The notes under the pieces were generated by a model. The model did no database searches. It was not told the origin of the DNA and was given only the letters and a program-made list of their open reading frames with translations. 64,000 bases of DNA from contig NC_042998.1 of assembly GCF_006345805.1 (NCBI RefSeq), positions 112,840,001 to 112,904,000 of the forward strand, in the 5' to 3' direction. This document shows positions 39,101-52,547 of this stretch, piece by piece (the first letter of the stretch is position 1; each line of letters starts with the position of its first letter). The DNA comes from Octopus sinensis. Taxonomy: Eukaryota. The translations under genes and the position numbers were made by a program.

Positions 39101-39658
39101 TGAGAGAGAGGCCCTTTGTTACCAGCAGAGGTAGGAGTTCTCTGAACTTTGCCCCAGCTATTCTTACTCTAGCAGCTACACTTTCAGAGCATCCACCCCC
39201 GCTACTGACTTGGTCCCCTAGGTAACATAAGCTATCAACTACTTGTAGTTGATAGCTTCTGTGATAAACATTAATGTTTATGTGTGTCTGTTTTGTTTAT
39301 AAATGTGAGAGAAGCTGTTCTCTGCACATTTTCAGTGTTTATAGCACCTGAGCATTTGCCACATACATAAACTATCTTCCCAGTTAGCCTTCCTTTGATA
39401 TTGCTGCACCTCTTATGCGTCCATAGCTTACATTAGGTACATCTTATGGAGTTTCTACCTACGCCTTTTCTACAGATCGAGCAGAGCCATCTACCTGAAA
39501 GGATTTGTGGTTTTTCTGCCTTCCTACTTATTAAGACTTTGGTTTTAGCTAGGTTGACTCTAAGGCCCTTCAATTCTAATCCTTGCTTCCACACCTGAAA
39601 CTTTTCCTCTAGTTCTGATAGTGACTCAGCAATTAGAGCAAGGTCATCAGCTCTAATG

Positions 39659-39707
<49 letters not shown>

Positions 39708-41548
39708 ATCTAAAAAATTCTGTTCCATTTTTATTTTATCACTTAGGAAAGAATAGCAGCAGTTATGACTCTTGTCCACAATTTGTTGGGACCTTTAAGA
39801 CTTGTAAGCAGGAGGAAAGTATCCACAAATTGGAGACCCGGTCCAAATACAAGTCTTATATATTAATGTTGATCTGGTAATAACTGTATATATTAACCCT
39901 CCTGTGACTATGATTTAAATGAAATATACTGTTTATGTGGTGTGTTGAAAAATAATCAAGCATTTGGAGGGATTTAGTTTACTAGACTAACTTATTTATT
40001 ATTAATCTGGTTAGGAAAATGTCTTAATAAAAGGTTTCTAACATAAAATTATAATGGAAGGTTTTAATTTAAATGACTGGCCTGGTGCAGCCTTCGGGCT
40101 CCCCAGACCCCAGTTGAACCGTCCAACCCATGCTAGCATGGAAAGCGGACGTTAAACGATGATGATGATGATGAACGCTTTTAAACAGGAAGGTTTGTAA
40201 AATAGAATCAGAGGCATTTTCAGGTAGGTTTGTATTGGAAAAGTTATATGATTAGATCAAAGAGATTTTTAAAGGAATTCAGTGTAATATATAATGCAAA
40301 CTTTTAGGTGAAACAAGAGAATGTAAAAGAGAATAAAGAAAATCTTACTTTGTTGTTGGCTCCTCTCTTTAAGAAACGAGTTCCGGCAAACTGATTTGAC
40401 CGGCGACCAATTAGGGTCAAATAAATAGGTTTACCAAATACACAAATATCTAAGAGAAGTTAAGGAGAACAGAATGTTGTAAATTCACTGACCCTTTCTT
40501 GTCACTATTCTTACAACTACATACTAAATAAACTAAAGGAGGACCTTCTAAGTAGCTACTTCACCTACAAGTAATAGTAGATTAATATCCCTCAAATTCA
40601 CACCCAGCTGTTTTACAAAAAGTAAAACTCATTGAATAATGTAGTCATGGACACAATCAATTAATTCAATATGTCAAAATAAAAGATGAGATGATAGACC
40701 CAATTAGGATCTTTCTGCATAGGCCTGTTAAATCAAGGCTGATATGAGATGAAACAAAAAGGAGAGTGGTCACTTAACTTACAAGAAATATCAGTAAAAT
40801 TTCCCTTAATCACAGTTCAATCTTTAAAAAAATAATTGAAGGCACATGCCTCAATGAATGATAAGATGGTTACAGCTGTAACACTTTTGAATCTGTGTCT
40901 GTTGCATTAGGGTTAAACAACAAATAAATTCAAAGAACAAAATTTAAAAAAATTTTCACATCCACTATGAATGAGTAATATTCCCCTAGTACCTTCACTA
41001 TCCAAAAGCATTTTAGTGCTGGTGACTTTAGCAAAAATATAGAAATATACTTTCTTTACAAGTAGTCAAATAAATAGCATATATAAATTGCACATACAAA
41101 ACCGACCAAAGCCTTGTGAGTTGATTTCAATAGAAACTGAAAGAAGCCCATCATGTGTGTGTGTGTATTCCAAAGGAGTGGAATCAGTAGAATATATCAT
41201 TCGTTTATCATTTAACATCTTACATTTGAATCCCCAGATCATACTCACCAATATATATATATATATATATAAGTTCAGCAAAAATTTAGATTCAAATGAA
41301 TATGGTACTTAATTTAGATGCACCAGAATTCTGTATGGTGTTATCCATAAAAATCCGTGGGGTGATTATAATCAAAATAAGCAACAAGAATGATTCCGGT
41401 AATTTGGTACGATCGTTTCGTACTACATCATTTTATTAAATGTTGTAAGTATTACAACAGTTTTAAAATGCTGAGCACTCATCAGTCAATTATAGAGGTT
41501 TTCCATTAATACAAAAATGTTCATATCAAGTGGAAACATTATAGAGAA

Positions 41549-41586
<38 letters not shown>

Positions 41587-44500
41587 AGAACGGTATCCAA
41601 CCATAGCAAATCTGCCTCAATGAATTCTGTGTGATCCATGCATGGAAAAGTGGATATGAAAATGAGAAGATGATCATACACAAACATATTTATATATGTA
41701 CATATGGAAACCATCAGAAGCCCACTGTTTGACAAGGTTTTGCATGTTTACTTTCTGTGAAACAGGCACAGTAAAACCCAAAGTGTGTGCAGTGGAATCA
41801 AACAAGGAACCACATGGTCATGAAGTTAACTACCGAAATCTACAGCAGTGCTTGCACCCATTCAGCTTCCATCAAGCTGGCTTGTGTTCAAGAGCAACCC
41901 AGCTGTAATTATCTTATCTTTTTGTAAATCAGAAGATACACTGTCCAATATATCCTTTCTTTAAAATGAAATTGAAGGAGAATTAGTTGTTATATTTAGC
42001 AGATTTAGTAACTGCATAATAACTCTCACATTTGTTCAAAAATAACACTGTACTCCTGAGAACAGAGGTTAAACTACCTAAATTTTAAAGAAATTTTATC
42101 ATAACGTTGACAATTTTAATGTCCTGTAATAATTTACAGAAACATATGTATATAGTTACAAATATTTATATCCTGATATGAACCATCTTTATTCAGCCCT
42201 ACTACCATGAGCATTATTTTACATTCACTTTCCATATTAGCACGGGTTAAACAGTTCGACACAATCCAAGGAGTCAGAGAACTGTGTTGTGCTCCAATAC
42301 ACAGTTTTGGCATTGTTTTCTATGGCTGAATGCCCTTCCTAATGCCAAATAAGACCCTAAAATACTCTCTTTGTTTAAAAACTAAGTTTATAACTTCACA
42401 AGAGCAACTCTTGAAGTGTTAAAACATTAATAGATTTCATTAAACTAGTTTTTGCTTAGCCTCAAGTTAAACCTGAACAGTAAACTAGTGAAATTTTCAC
42501 ACAATGATAAAACAAAAGGATATTGACTTGTCCAATAAAGCCATGTATAATGTTGATAACCCAGTCTGAATGCACCATATCTTTACATGGCTGCTGAAGA
42601 GCTGCATTCCAAACAAATTTACTTGAAGCAACGTTTTTCACTCCTAAAATACAGTCTGAAAGAAAGAAAGGAGAGAAAAAGTGAAATTTATAATGTTCCA
42701 AATAAAATACGTACTCTACGTTAGTTAGAAGAATGAGTCAGAAATTCTTTTTTATAAAGTTATTACACCTATCAATATTCATTCACTCAAACCCTATCTT
42801 TCAGTTATTTAAGGTCTATCAAGTAGTGATAACAGCCATGCCTTGCTGAAGAGGTCTAAGAAGTTTTAAAATCACTTAGCATAGATCAGATCTATGTTCC
42901 TCTATTCAATTTTTGCATAATTTAAATCTTGCTTTTCTTAGTATGAAACAATTTCTTTTACTGATTTTAACTAATATTTTTGATTTATTACATTTCATTT
43001 CATTTCATTTCATTTCATTTGGGTTTGAGTCCATGCTCAGTCCAAGTCGAAGACTCCACCCTCAGAGTCTGGTGTGGTTGCCAGGTTGTATTCTCTGCTT
43101 AAATTTGACATGTGTAGGAGCGAGTTTGAGTCAGTTTGTGCTCGTTGTGTATATCCTGGGAGATGGGGTTCATCTCTAATGGTGCTTAAGTATCTATCCA
43201 GTTGCAATTTGAATGATTCCACACTGCATCCTGATAGATTTCTGACATGTACCGGAATGGAGTTGAACAGTTGTGCTCCTCGAACCAACAGACTTGATTC
43301 TCGCAGGGTTTTTGCTGCCTGGCCAGCCTTTTTGTTGATTGGTGGCAGCTGGCAGCGTCTTCCGTGGCGCAGTGAGTGGTAGGTTTTGATACCAAAGTTT
43401 GGCACCTTTTGCTCTATCATTTTCCAAATGTATATAATTCGGTATCGCTCAAATCTTCTTTCTATTGAGTACATCCTCAAGGTTTTGAGTCTTTGCCAAT
43501 AGTCCAGGTCCCTCGTTTCTGAGAAGTATGAGGTAAAATTTCTTTGGAGCGATTCTATCTTAGATAGTTGGCCCTTTGTTGTTGGTGACCACAACTGAGA
43601 ACAGTAGTCAATCCTCGGAAGTATCATACTGTTCCAGAGGGTTTTCATTGTTGAGGTATCTCTTGATTTGAAGGTGCGCAAGATCCACCCGCTGTACTTT
43701 CTTGCAGTAAGACAGACTGAGTCAAGGTGTTCTCTGAATTTTAGGTTGGTTCCCATGTGGATGCCTAAATCTTTCACACACTGTTTTTCCATTATTTGTT
43801 GTCCTGATGGGTTTCTGTAGTTTGTTGTATTTTTCAGATCTTGATCTGTTCCGTAGCGAATTAGTTCAAACTTCTTATCATTGAACAACATGTTGTTTGT
43901 TTCCTGCCATTTATATATGGTGGTCAGGTCCTTTTGTAAGGCCTCTGTATCCACCTCGTCTTTGATTTGTCTCATGACCCTGGTGTCATCAGCAAAGGAT
44001 GAGACGTTGCTGGTTGTATCTTCATCTATGTCAGAGATGAGGATGAGAAACAGGATTGGGCCGAGTACTGTACCCTGAGGAACACTGCTGGTCACAGGTG
44101 ATGGTGTTGAATGGGTTCCATTCACAGTGACTGTTTGAGTTCTATTTGTAAGGAACTCGTGTATCCATGTACCAACTTTTCCTCCTACTCCTAGCTTTCG
44201 AAGTTTGTGACCCAGGATGCCATGATCTACCTTGTCAAATGCCTTGGCAAAGTCGAGGTAGATAACATACATTAAGTATGTTTGCATTAATTAAAGTACA
44301 TTAGTTAAATTTGTTAATATGGCAAATAACGAGTCTGGCAAAGATAAACATAATGAGAGTGAAAATAAAAGTTTTGAAAGCATAATTAGACATGGTTGCA
44401 TAGTTAAAATTTTGCTTTCCAACCACGATTCCAGATTCAGTCCCACTGCCTTCCATCATGGGCTAGTCCCTTCTACAATAGCCCTAGGCCAACCAAAGCT

Positions 44501-47500
44501 TTGTGAGTGTATGTGGTAGATAGAAACTGATAGAAGCTCGTCATACACACAAGTATCTATCTATCCATATATATATCTATATATATATAATTTAATGAAC
44601 AGAGTTGATGTGTGAAGATAGTGTATGAGAATTGATCAACTCTGTAGGGTTAATTATGTAATCTTGTTATGCACATTGTGAACTATTCAATTCAACAGTA
44701 ATTTTTCTATCAATTCACATACACTGTCTTCATACACCAACTCTGTCCACCAACTTGATAAAAAAAATAAACTTACCTTCTGGTAAAGTGTAAGGAGTAG
44801 CTGTAGTGTGAAACTTACTCTTGTCCACAAAAAGATATGAGTAAGAATCAGAATTGTGAGACAAATCTTTGGAACCTGATGGTGAGTTTGTTTGAGCCAT
44901 GTTGTATTGTAGAGAGTGAGTTAAATCATAACTGTAACTGTAATTCAAATAAAATTAATATAATTAACAGTTAATTGTAGTAAACAGAGAAAATTCAGAA
45001 TCATCATGGTTATCGACAACTTTTTATTATCTATGTCAACAATGGGTTGGCTGTGATATATAATTATCATTATCACAATGTAACAGCAATATTATGTGCC
45101 ATGTAAAAAGTACTGGTGATGGTGCCACATAAAAAGCACACAGTAAACTCTGTAAAGTGGTTGATGTTAGGAAGGGCATCCAGCTGTAAAAACCAAGCCA
45201 AAACAGACTATGGAACCTGGTGTGAGCCCTGGCCTTGCTAGTTCCTGTCAAGCTATCCAACTCATGAGAGCATGGAAAATGGACATTGAATGTTGATGAT
45301 GATAACAAATACAACTGTTTAAATGTCTGAAGGTGTTGTTAATAAGAGCATATATGTCAGTGATCTAGTGGACAAAACCAATATTATGTATAGTTTCTAC
45401 TCTGAATTTGTGAAGGCACATGGCTAAGTGGTTAAGGTGTTGTGCTCATGATCGAAAGATCAGGATTCAGATTCCTTGACCAGGTTGTGTGTTGTGTTCT
45501 TGAGTAAAACACTTCATTTTACATTGCTCCAATCCACTCACCTGTAAATGAGTACCCCTGTAATGGATCAGCTTCCCGTTCATAGGAAATGTGATTTTGG
45601 TCACCAGCAAGCCATGGGAAACAAGTAATCAGTCTGATGAATCCTCAAACTCAAGACACAACTCATACACTTTGAATGTAACCTTGTACATATTCAAGAA
45701 TAAGACACCTGACAAAGCTTGAAAATCAAACCAATTGCAATGTATTGTAGATGCAAATATTTTTGTATCTAAAGACAATATTAATAGTCTCATCTTTAGA
45801 TTCAATCTAATTAGAATTGTGATTAATTGCTACAGGTAAATCATCAATGTATCATTAATCATGAAATGGTTTTAGAATAAAAATAACCTTACCTGAAGTA
45901 GAAATTACTGGAAAGATCTACATTCTGAAACATTTTCACATATCTACAATAAAAGGGAATTAAAACATTGAGCTAATCACAGCAATTAATCAAATTTGAA
46001 ATGCCAAACCATCATAATCTCAACATCATTTTAGTCAAAGTAGCCCAATCCTGAGTCCACTCATCAGGAAGGCCTAATATTCTTAATTCCTTTATTAATA
46101 CTGTATTAGTATTTTCCATGTTACACTGAATCTAGATGAGTGTTATTCAATTTTGATGCAGTCAGAATTGTATAAATAGTTTGGCGAGTTACAGTGAGAT
46201 TCAACTTCTGCTGAAATGCATAAGCAAAAATCAAACACATCTGAGCTGTTTTGTGTATCCACTAATGAAAATATTTGTATTGTTCATCACCAAATAATAT
46301 TTTCCCTTAACCACTTGCCTGCAAATACATTAGCTGTACAATATTCTAAACATTAAATATATATTCACTTTACTCTCAGTTCACATATATATCAGCTGAT
46401 ACTCAGAATAAATTAACTTGTAGCTTAGATTCAGTGAATCACTGAACAAGGAAAATCATATAACACCACATAGAATTGATAGAGCATAACAATTAATTCT
46501 ACATATGAGAGTATTACAAGTCTTTGTCTAAAATAATTTTAGAGCAACAATAGCAACAATCTCTTATACAGAACTTTGTTCCAGTGTAACTATTAAAACA
46601 GAATAAAAACTAGTGTTGGGTCTTATTAAAAAAAAAAAAAAACTATTTTTTAAAAGCCATAATAGGAGTTGTGAAGGAACACAGCCTAGTGATTACGGTA
46701 TAGCACTCATGATCGGAAGACTGTGGTTTTCCAGTGGTGCATTGTGTTCTTGAGCAAAACATTTCACTTCATATTACTCTTGTCCACTTGGTTATAAATG
46801 GGTTAACCCTGCAATGGACTGGCATTCTGTTCAGGGAGCATTCTGCCAGCCTGCCTGCATAGCCAGCAGAGTGGGATCATCCGAAAGCTACAATGCAAGA
46901 TAGTACATTGTGACCAACGGTATATAACATCCAATAGTTTGGATTTGGGGAAAAGCTTTACATGACTTTACCCAGGAACGAATATCTGCCAACTGTTGAA
47001 TGGAGTTTTAGTTTTTAACGGCCGAAAGCAAAGTTTGAGTTTTCTATGGCAATTTAGTGAAGAACACTTCTTTGAGATAAGATTCTTCTATCTGCTGATC
47101 TCCCAGAAGTTCATTCATCCTTCGCAGAAGTTGTGTGGGTTTTTTATTACCCAATTCTTCATTGTTAAATAACTTCGCAAACTCTTTTTGTTTCGAATTT
47201 GATGTTTGTTTCAATATTTCTTCTTTAATGGAAGAATACAAAACTGGTTCGATAGGGTTTACTAGCAAATCTCTAATTTCATTACTTAGAGGTGGAGGTA
47301 AATTGCTAAGCATTATATTGTATTTCTGTTCTTCATTTGTAATTTTGTTAGCTTTAAAGCTTGCCTCCAGTTGTGCCAACCAAATAACCGTGTCTCCAGT
47401 CCACGGAGGACAAGGCAATACATTCACAGAAGCTTGTGTGTAATTCCTATCGAAATATGACATCTCAAATTCTTTTAAATTCTGCTCCATTATATGTATA

Positions 47501-50500
47501 AATATTTTCTCAAAGGAAAATTTTTTTTTTCCTCGTTATGTTACTAAGCTTTTACCAGCTCAAAATATAATTTTTATATTGCTAGAAAGTGCAACTAAAA
47601 TTTTCTTTCTAAAGTTTCTTCTTCAGCATTCTTTTTGTTTCAACTTACTTTTAACTATTTGTTAATAAAATATTTATGCAATAATTCTGTAATTTATGTT
47701 TATTATATTATTAAATTTTCCACCAGTCTGTCGGTGTTTATAATAATTGTTTTTTTATTCAAAAAAATTTTTTTCTATAGGTTTTCCTATAGGCTGTTTT
47801 AGTCGGAGTCACCAATTTTCCTACGGCAGTTTTCTCTTTTATTACCTTAAGCTTTCTCTTAGGTTATATTATTTTATTTGGCTTTTCTCTGAGTAAGGGA
47901 GAATATAATGATTCAACGTCACTTATACTCAAGTGTTATCATTATACCTAAAACCCTAACTACAGTTATAACGTCATATAGACATATACGCATGAAATGC
48001 TATATTAATGACATGTATGTATATTTTCTTCGTGTCCTTTTAAACCGCTATAAGAAACATAAATTAAAGATTACAGAAATGCATATTTATTTATGCTCAG
48101 TTGAAAAACAAACGTGAAGAGAAACATTTTCTTTTAATTAGTTTTTATTATATAAATATAACATTTTATATTAATTACAGTAGGAAAGAACTTTGTCATG
48201 AAGAAGAACGACTATAAATTCATTAACTAATTTTTCTTTTCTAACTAATAATTTAACCTACAAATCAAAATAGATTTGTGATTAACTCTAGACATGGCAT
48301 GAAAATTACCGATGTCTCAAAAGAGTGAGTGTCGTGGATTTAAGTGACATCCAAACAACACTAAAGTTTTTCCCCAAATCCCGGGTCTTTATAACTGCTC
48401 AACTTGACTAAAAAGAATTGAAATTCAGGACAAATATTCTTTACGAAACTTTTAGAATCTTTATATGAGCAGTTATATTAACCAATGGAAAAAACGAAAA
48501 TGATAATTCTTCGGCAAAGACATTACATCATATTGCCAATTCGCACCCCATTTCAAAATGGTTAAAATGGTTATTGCTACACAGTGATAATAAAAGTCAT
48601 ACAGCAATGATCATAAGTTGTAGAATAGCATTTACAGAGAAGTTTTATAACAGGAGTCATATAATAGCACTTGTATAATAGAAGTAATGTCATAAAATAA
48701 CATTTATATAATAGAAGTAATATAATAGATGTATATAAGTCAAATAATAGCAGCTGTATAGAAAAGATAATAATAGCAGTCATATAATAAAAGACAGAAG
48801 AGCAGTCATATAAATGAAGTCATAATCACAAGTAATAACATAAGCTAAATAATGAAAATGATATCATATCAACAGCTAGATAACAAGTCTTATTACAGCA
48901 GACATACAATAACAAATCTATAATAATAAAAGAATTGGAGAAAAAAGACCAATGCCATACCGACTTTCATCCGAATGGATATGATGAGTTCCCACATTAG
49001 GTATGTATATCATACATGTATCCTCAACTTTATAAATTGTGTGGGGACCAATTAATGCAACACGGCGCCGTTTTGTAATTAAGATCATATAATAACCTTC
49101 TAAAAAGCGTACAAACCCTGCAGAAAATAGAGAATATTACACATCAGTAAGCATAAAGTACTACAGATTAATAGGTATTTTATTTAGAGAAGCTGGAGTT
49201 TAGTTTATAAATAATATCTTTTAACAAAAGCACAAGTTCATAAATATATATGGGGTGGAATATAGCTGATTAAATCAATACCCATTTTGATTAGTATTAA
49301 TTTTATCAACAATGGAAAGATGACTGTTAAAGTTGACGTCAATAGAAACTTAATTCAAAATATAAAAAGGATGTTACTGAATACTGCAAAACAATTTAGT
49401 CAGCACTCTACTGATGCTTCCATCATACTTTGAGCTTATTAATAATAACAGAGTGAATATATAATACACTAGCTTAAAAGCCGCCCAACAGAATGGCTTT
49501 TAAGCTAGCTCCTGTGGCGGGCTCTTCATTGGGCCTTGGGCCCAACAATGACACTTCATGCATTGAGTACATAATAAATTTTATTAAACTTGACCAATAT
49601 TTTTCAAGCAATGAACAATCTTCATCAAAACAATGATATAATTTGTTGACTTGGAACTTATTGCAAAGCTGCATAACAACATTTTTGTCTTTCCATTTGG
49701 GGGTCAGTACAATTTGTTTTCCTATCTAACCTCCTTCTTTCTGTTGATTGTTTTCAATCATCACCATCACCACCACAATTGCCTTACACACACCATTCAG
49801 AATTCTAATGCCACCACCATCAAAACCTTTTACTTCACTGCCTACCCCTCTACCACCATCACAACTGTCTTTCACATCGCTTACTATCACCATTATCCCT
49901 GACCACCTCAGCTACCACAACTACCATCATCATCACTGCCGCCTCCGCCTCTATCACAACTTGAGCTCATACTATTACTATCACCCCATTTACATCACAA
50001 GTGTCAATCTACTACCACCCTCACTGTCTTTATGCCTACTATTACACTCACCCCAACATGAGGAATAGTAGAAGTGTCATTGAATAGTGAGAGAGGCGGT
50101 TAAAGTGTGATACACTGAGACACATAAATTCGTTTTGGCATTTTTTTATTATAGATGTGAACACACCTCCACACAAATACTCCAGGGTGGAGCATTTTTT
50201 CACGATTTTTGATTTTGTGATAGGAGTAGTGCAGAAAAGTTGTGAATGGATATCAAAACTATTATCATCATTTAATGTTCATTTTCCATGCTGGCATGGT
50301 TGGATAGTTTGACTGAAAACTGGTAAGCCGGGAAGCTTATGGCAAGGTTTCTATGGCTGGATGCCCTTCTTAATGCCAACCTCTCTGAAAGTGTTTTGGA
50401 TGCTTTTTACATGCCACTGACACAGCTGCCATTGACCTGACACCAACATTGGTCACAACTATGGTCTCACTTGGCTTAACAGGTCTACACAGCACAATAT

Positions 50501-51880
50501 AGTGCGAAAGGTCTTGGTCACCTGTCACTGCCTCCATGAGGCCTAGTGCTTGAACTGCTTGTTACGTGCCACTGGCATGGGTGCCAGTCAGGCGGCACTG
50601 GCATCAGCCACGACAATGATTTCACTGAGCTCAAAGGTTTCACAAGCACAGCATATCTCCCAATGTTTGATGGATGCTTTTAATAGGCCAGTTACGGGAC
50701 ACTGGTATCAGCCACAACTACAATCTCACTTAGCTCGATGGGTCTTCTCAAGCACAGTATATTGCCAAAGGTCTTGGTCACTTGTCATTGCCTCCATAAG
50801 GCCAAGCATTCAGAGATCGTGCTCTACCACCATGTCCCAAATAACTGGTATAAGTAGACCAAATAACTGATGTAAAATCTTAGAACTCTATGGCAATATC
50901 TTCTGTTTCCACAAATGCATCAAACAATGGAAAAAGAGGGAAAAAATACTTCAACGTGTTTTTCTCTATGACTTCATCTTCTATCTCCACAAGAAGGGAC
51001 AGGAGTGTACTGTAATTTACATCTACATGATAAATTTTCTGAATTCAATAAATTACAATATTTATATTTTTGCATATTTTGAGGCAATTGTGGAGGCAGA
51101 TGAAGTCAGAAAAAAAAAACATGTTAAGTCATATTTTAGAGTAATTTCAGTCATTTAAAAGCCACAGTCATTTCACATTTCACAGTAATTTAAAAGCTAC
51201 CCAAAGAAGATGCAATGGAAACTGTATTTCATAGCTAATAAATAAGTAGAGGCAGTTTTTTCCACTTTTTCCATTTTTCAATGCATTTCTGGAGATAGAA
51301 GATATTGTCACAGAGTTCTAAAATTTTACACCAGTTACTTTGATAGTCATTCACAACTTTTCTGCACTACCCATATCACGAAATCAAAAATCATGAAAAA
51401 ACGCTCCACTCTAACAAACACACACTAGTCAACTTTGATCATTTGTCCCTCTTCCTTTTAATGTATGTTTTTCTCTTCCATGTTAGCAGAGAGGTATGGC
51501 ATGCTGACCAAAGGAATCCACCTCCTCTAAGATAATGCCCCAGTTCACAAAGAGCATGTTACCCAGATGAAAGCACACTCCTGCAGTTATGAAATCCTTC
51601 CTCATCCCCCTTACTCTCCTGACCTTGCACCATTCAATTCCACTCCTTTCCAACCATGAAGTCTTTTTTGAAGGGAAAACACTTTTCGAATGATGACAAC
51701 TTATTTCCAGATGTAACCTACTGACTTCTACAGACGAGGTCTTCACAGCTGCATAAAATGATGGGAGAAGTGTGTTACCATTGGTGGTGGTTATGTAGAG
51801 AAGCATAGCATAATTATGCCAAGTTTTGTTTATCCCAGACCTTGGGAGTGGGTCAGGTGAAATCTTTAATGAACACCCCT

Positions 51881-51918
<38 letters not shown>

Positions 51919-52485
51919 CACAGACACATATATTCATGTCAGGTCACTTTCGAGTGCTACTGATAACATGTAACCCAGTGCAACCTGTTGCATCGTCGGG
52001 TTGTCGGCGACTAAACCGGCAACCCCACCAAGCTTGCTTGGTGAGGAGGGTGTTTATTGGACACCCTGCGGGTTGAAAAACAAAACCCGTCAAAGGGCGA
52101 GGAACTCTTGAGAGTCAACGGCCATCCAATAAATATCTCAAGGCTGTATCATGCGCGAGGACATAGAAATAATCGACTGAATACCCGATCACATGGTTAA
52201 ACCATTGGGAGTGAAGGACTCCAAGCTTTTGTTAGGGCATCCTTCTAGAAGGTAACTCAGGTAACTGAGATAACTCCAACATAAAACCTGCGGCTCAGTG
52301 GTTACCGATGATGTTGACTTGATCTTCTTTTCAGATTATGGCTGCTGTTGCTTAGTGAGTGGGATTGACTCAGTGCACAGTCTTTCCTCACTTTAAAAAA
52401 AAAATCTTCTTGCACAGGCATTGCATGATAACAACATTGATTAAGCTTCGTGCAATAGCCATACTCGATAATGAGGGGGCAGCCA

Positions 52486-52547
<62 letters not shown>

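Noticed and set aside
42522-42527. GT donor (caa|gtcaat) for FIG4 exon 7
   Set aside because: Poor U2 consensus, and phase 0 would frameshift exon 8
49651-50068. His/Thr-rich ORFs
   Set aside because: Low-complexity (CAC/CAT) repeat sequence
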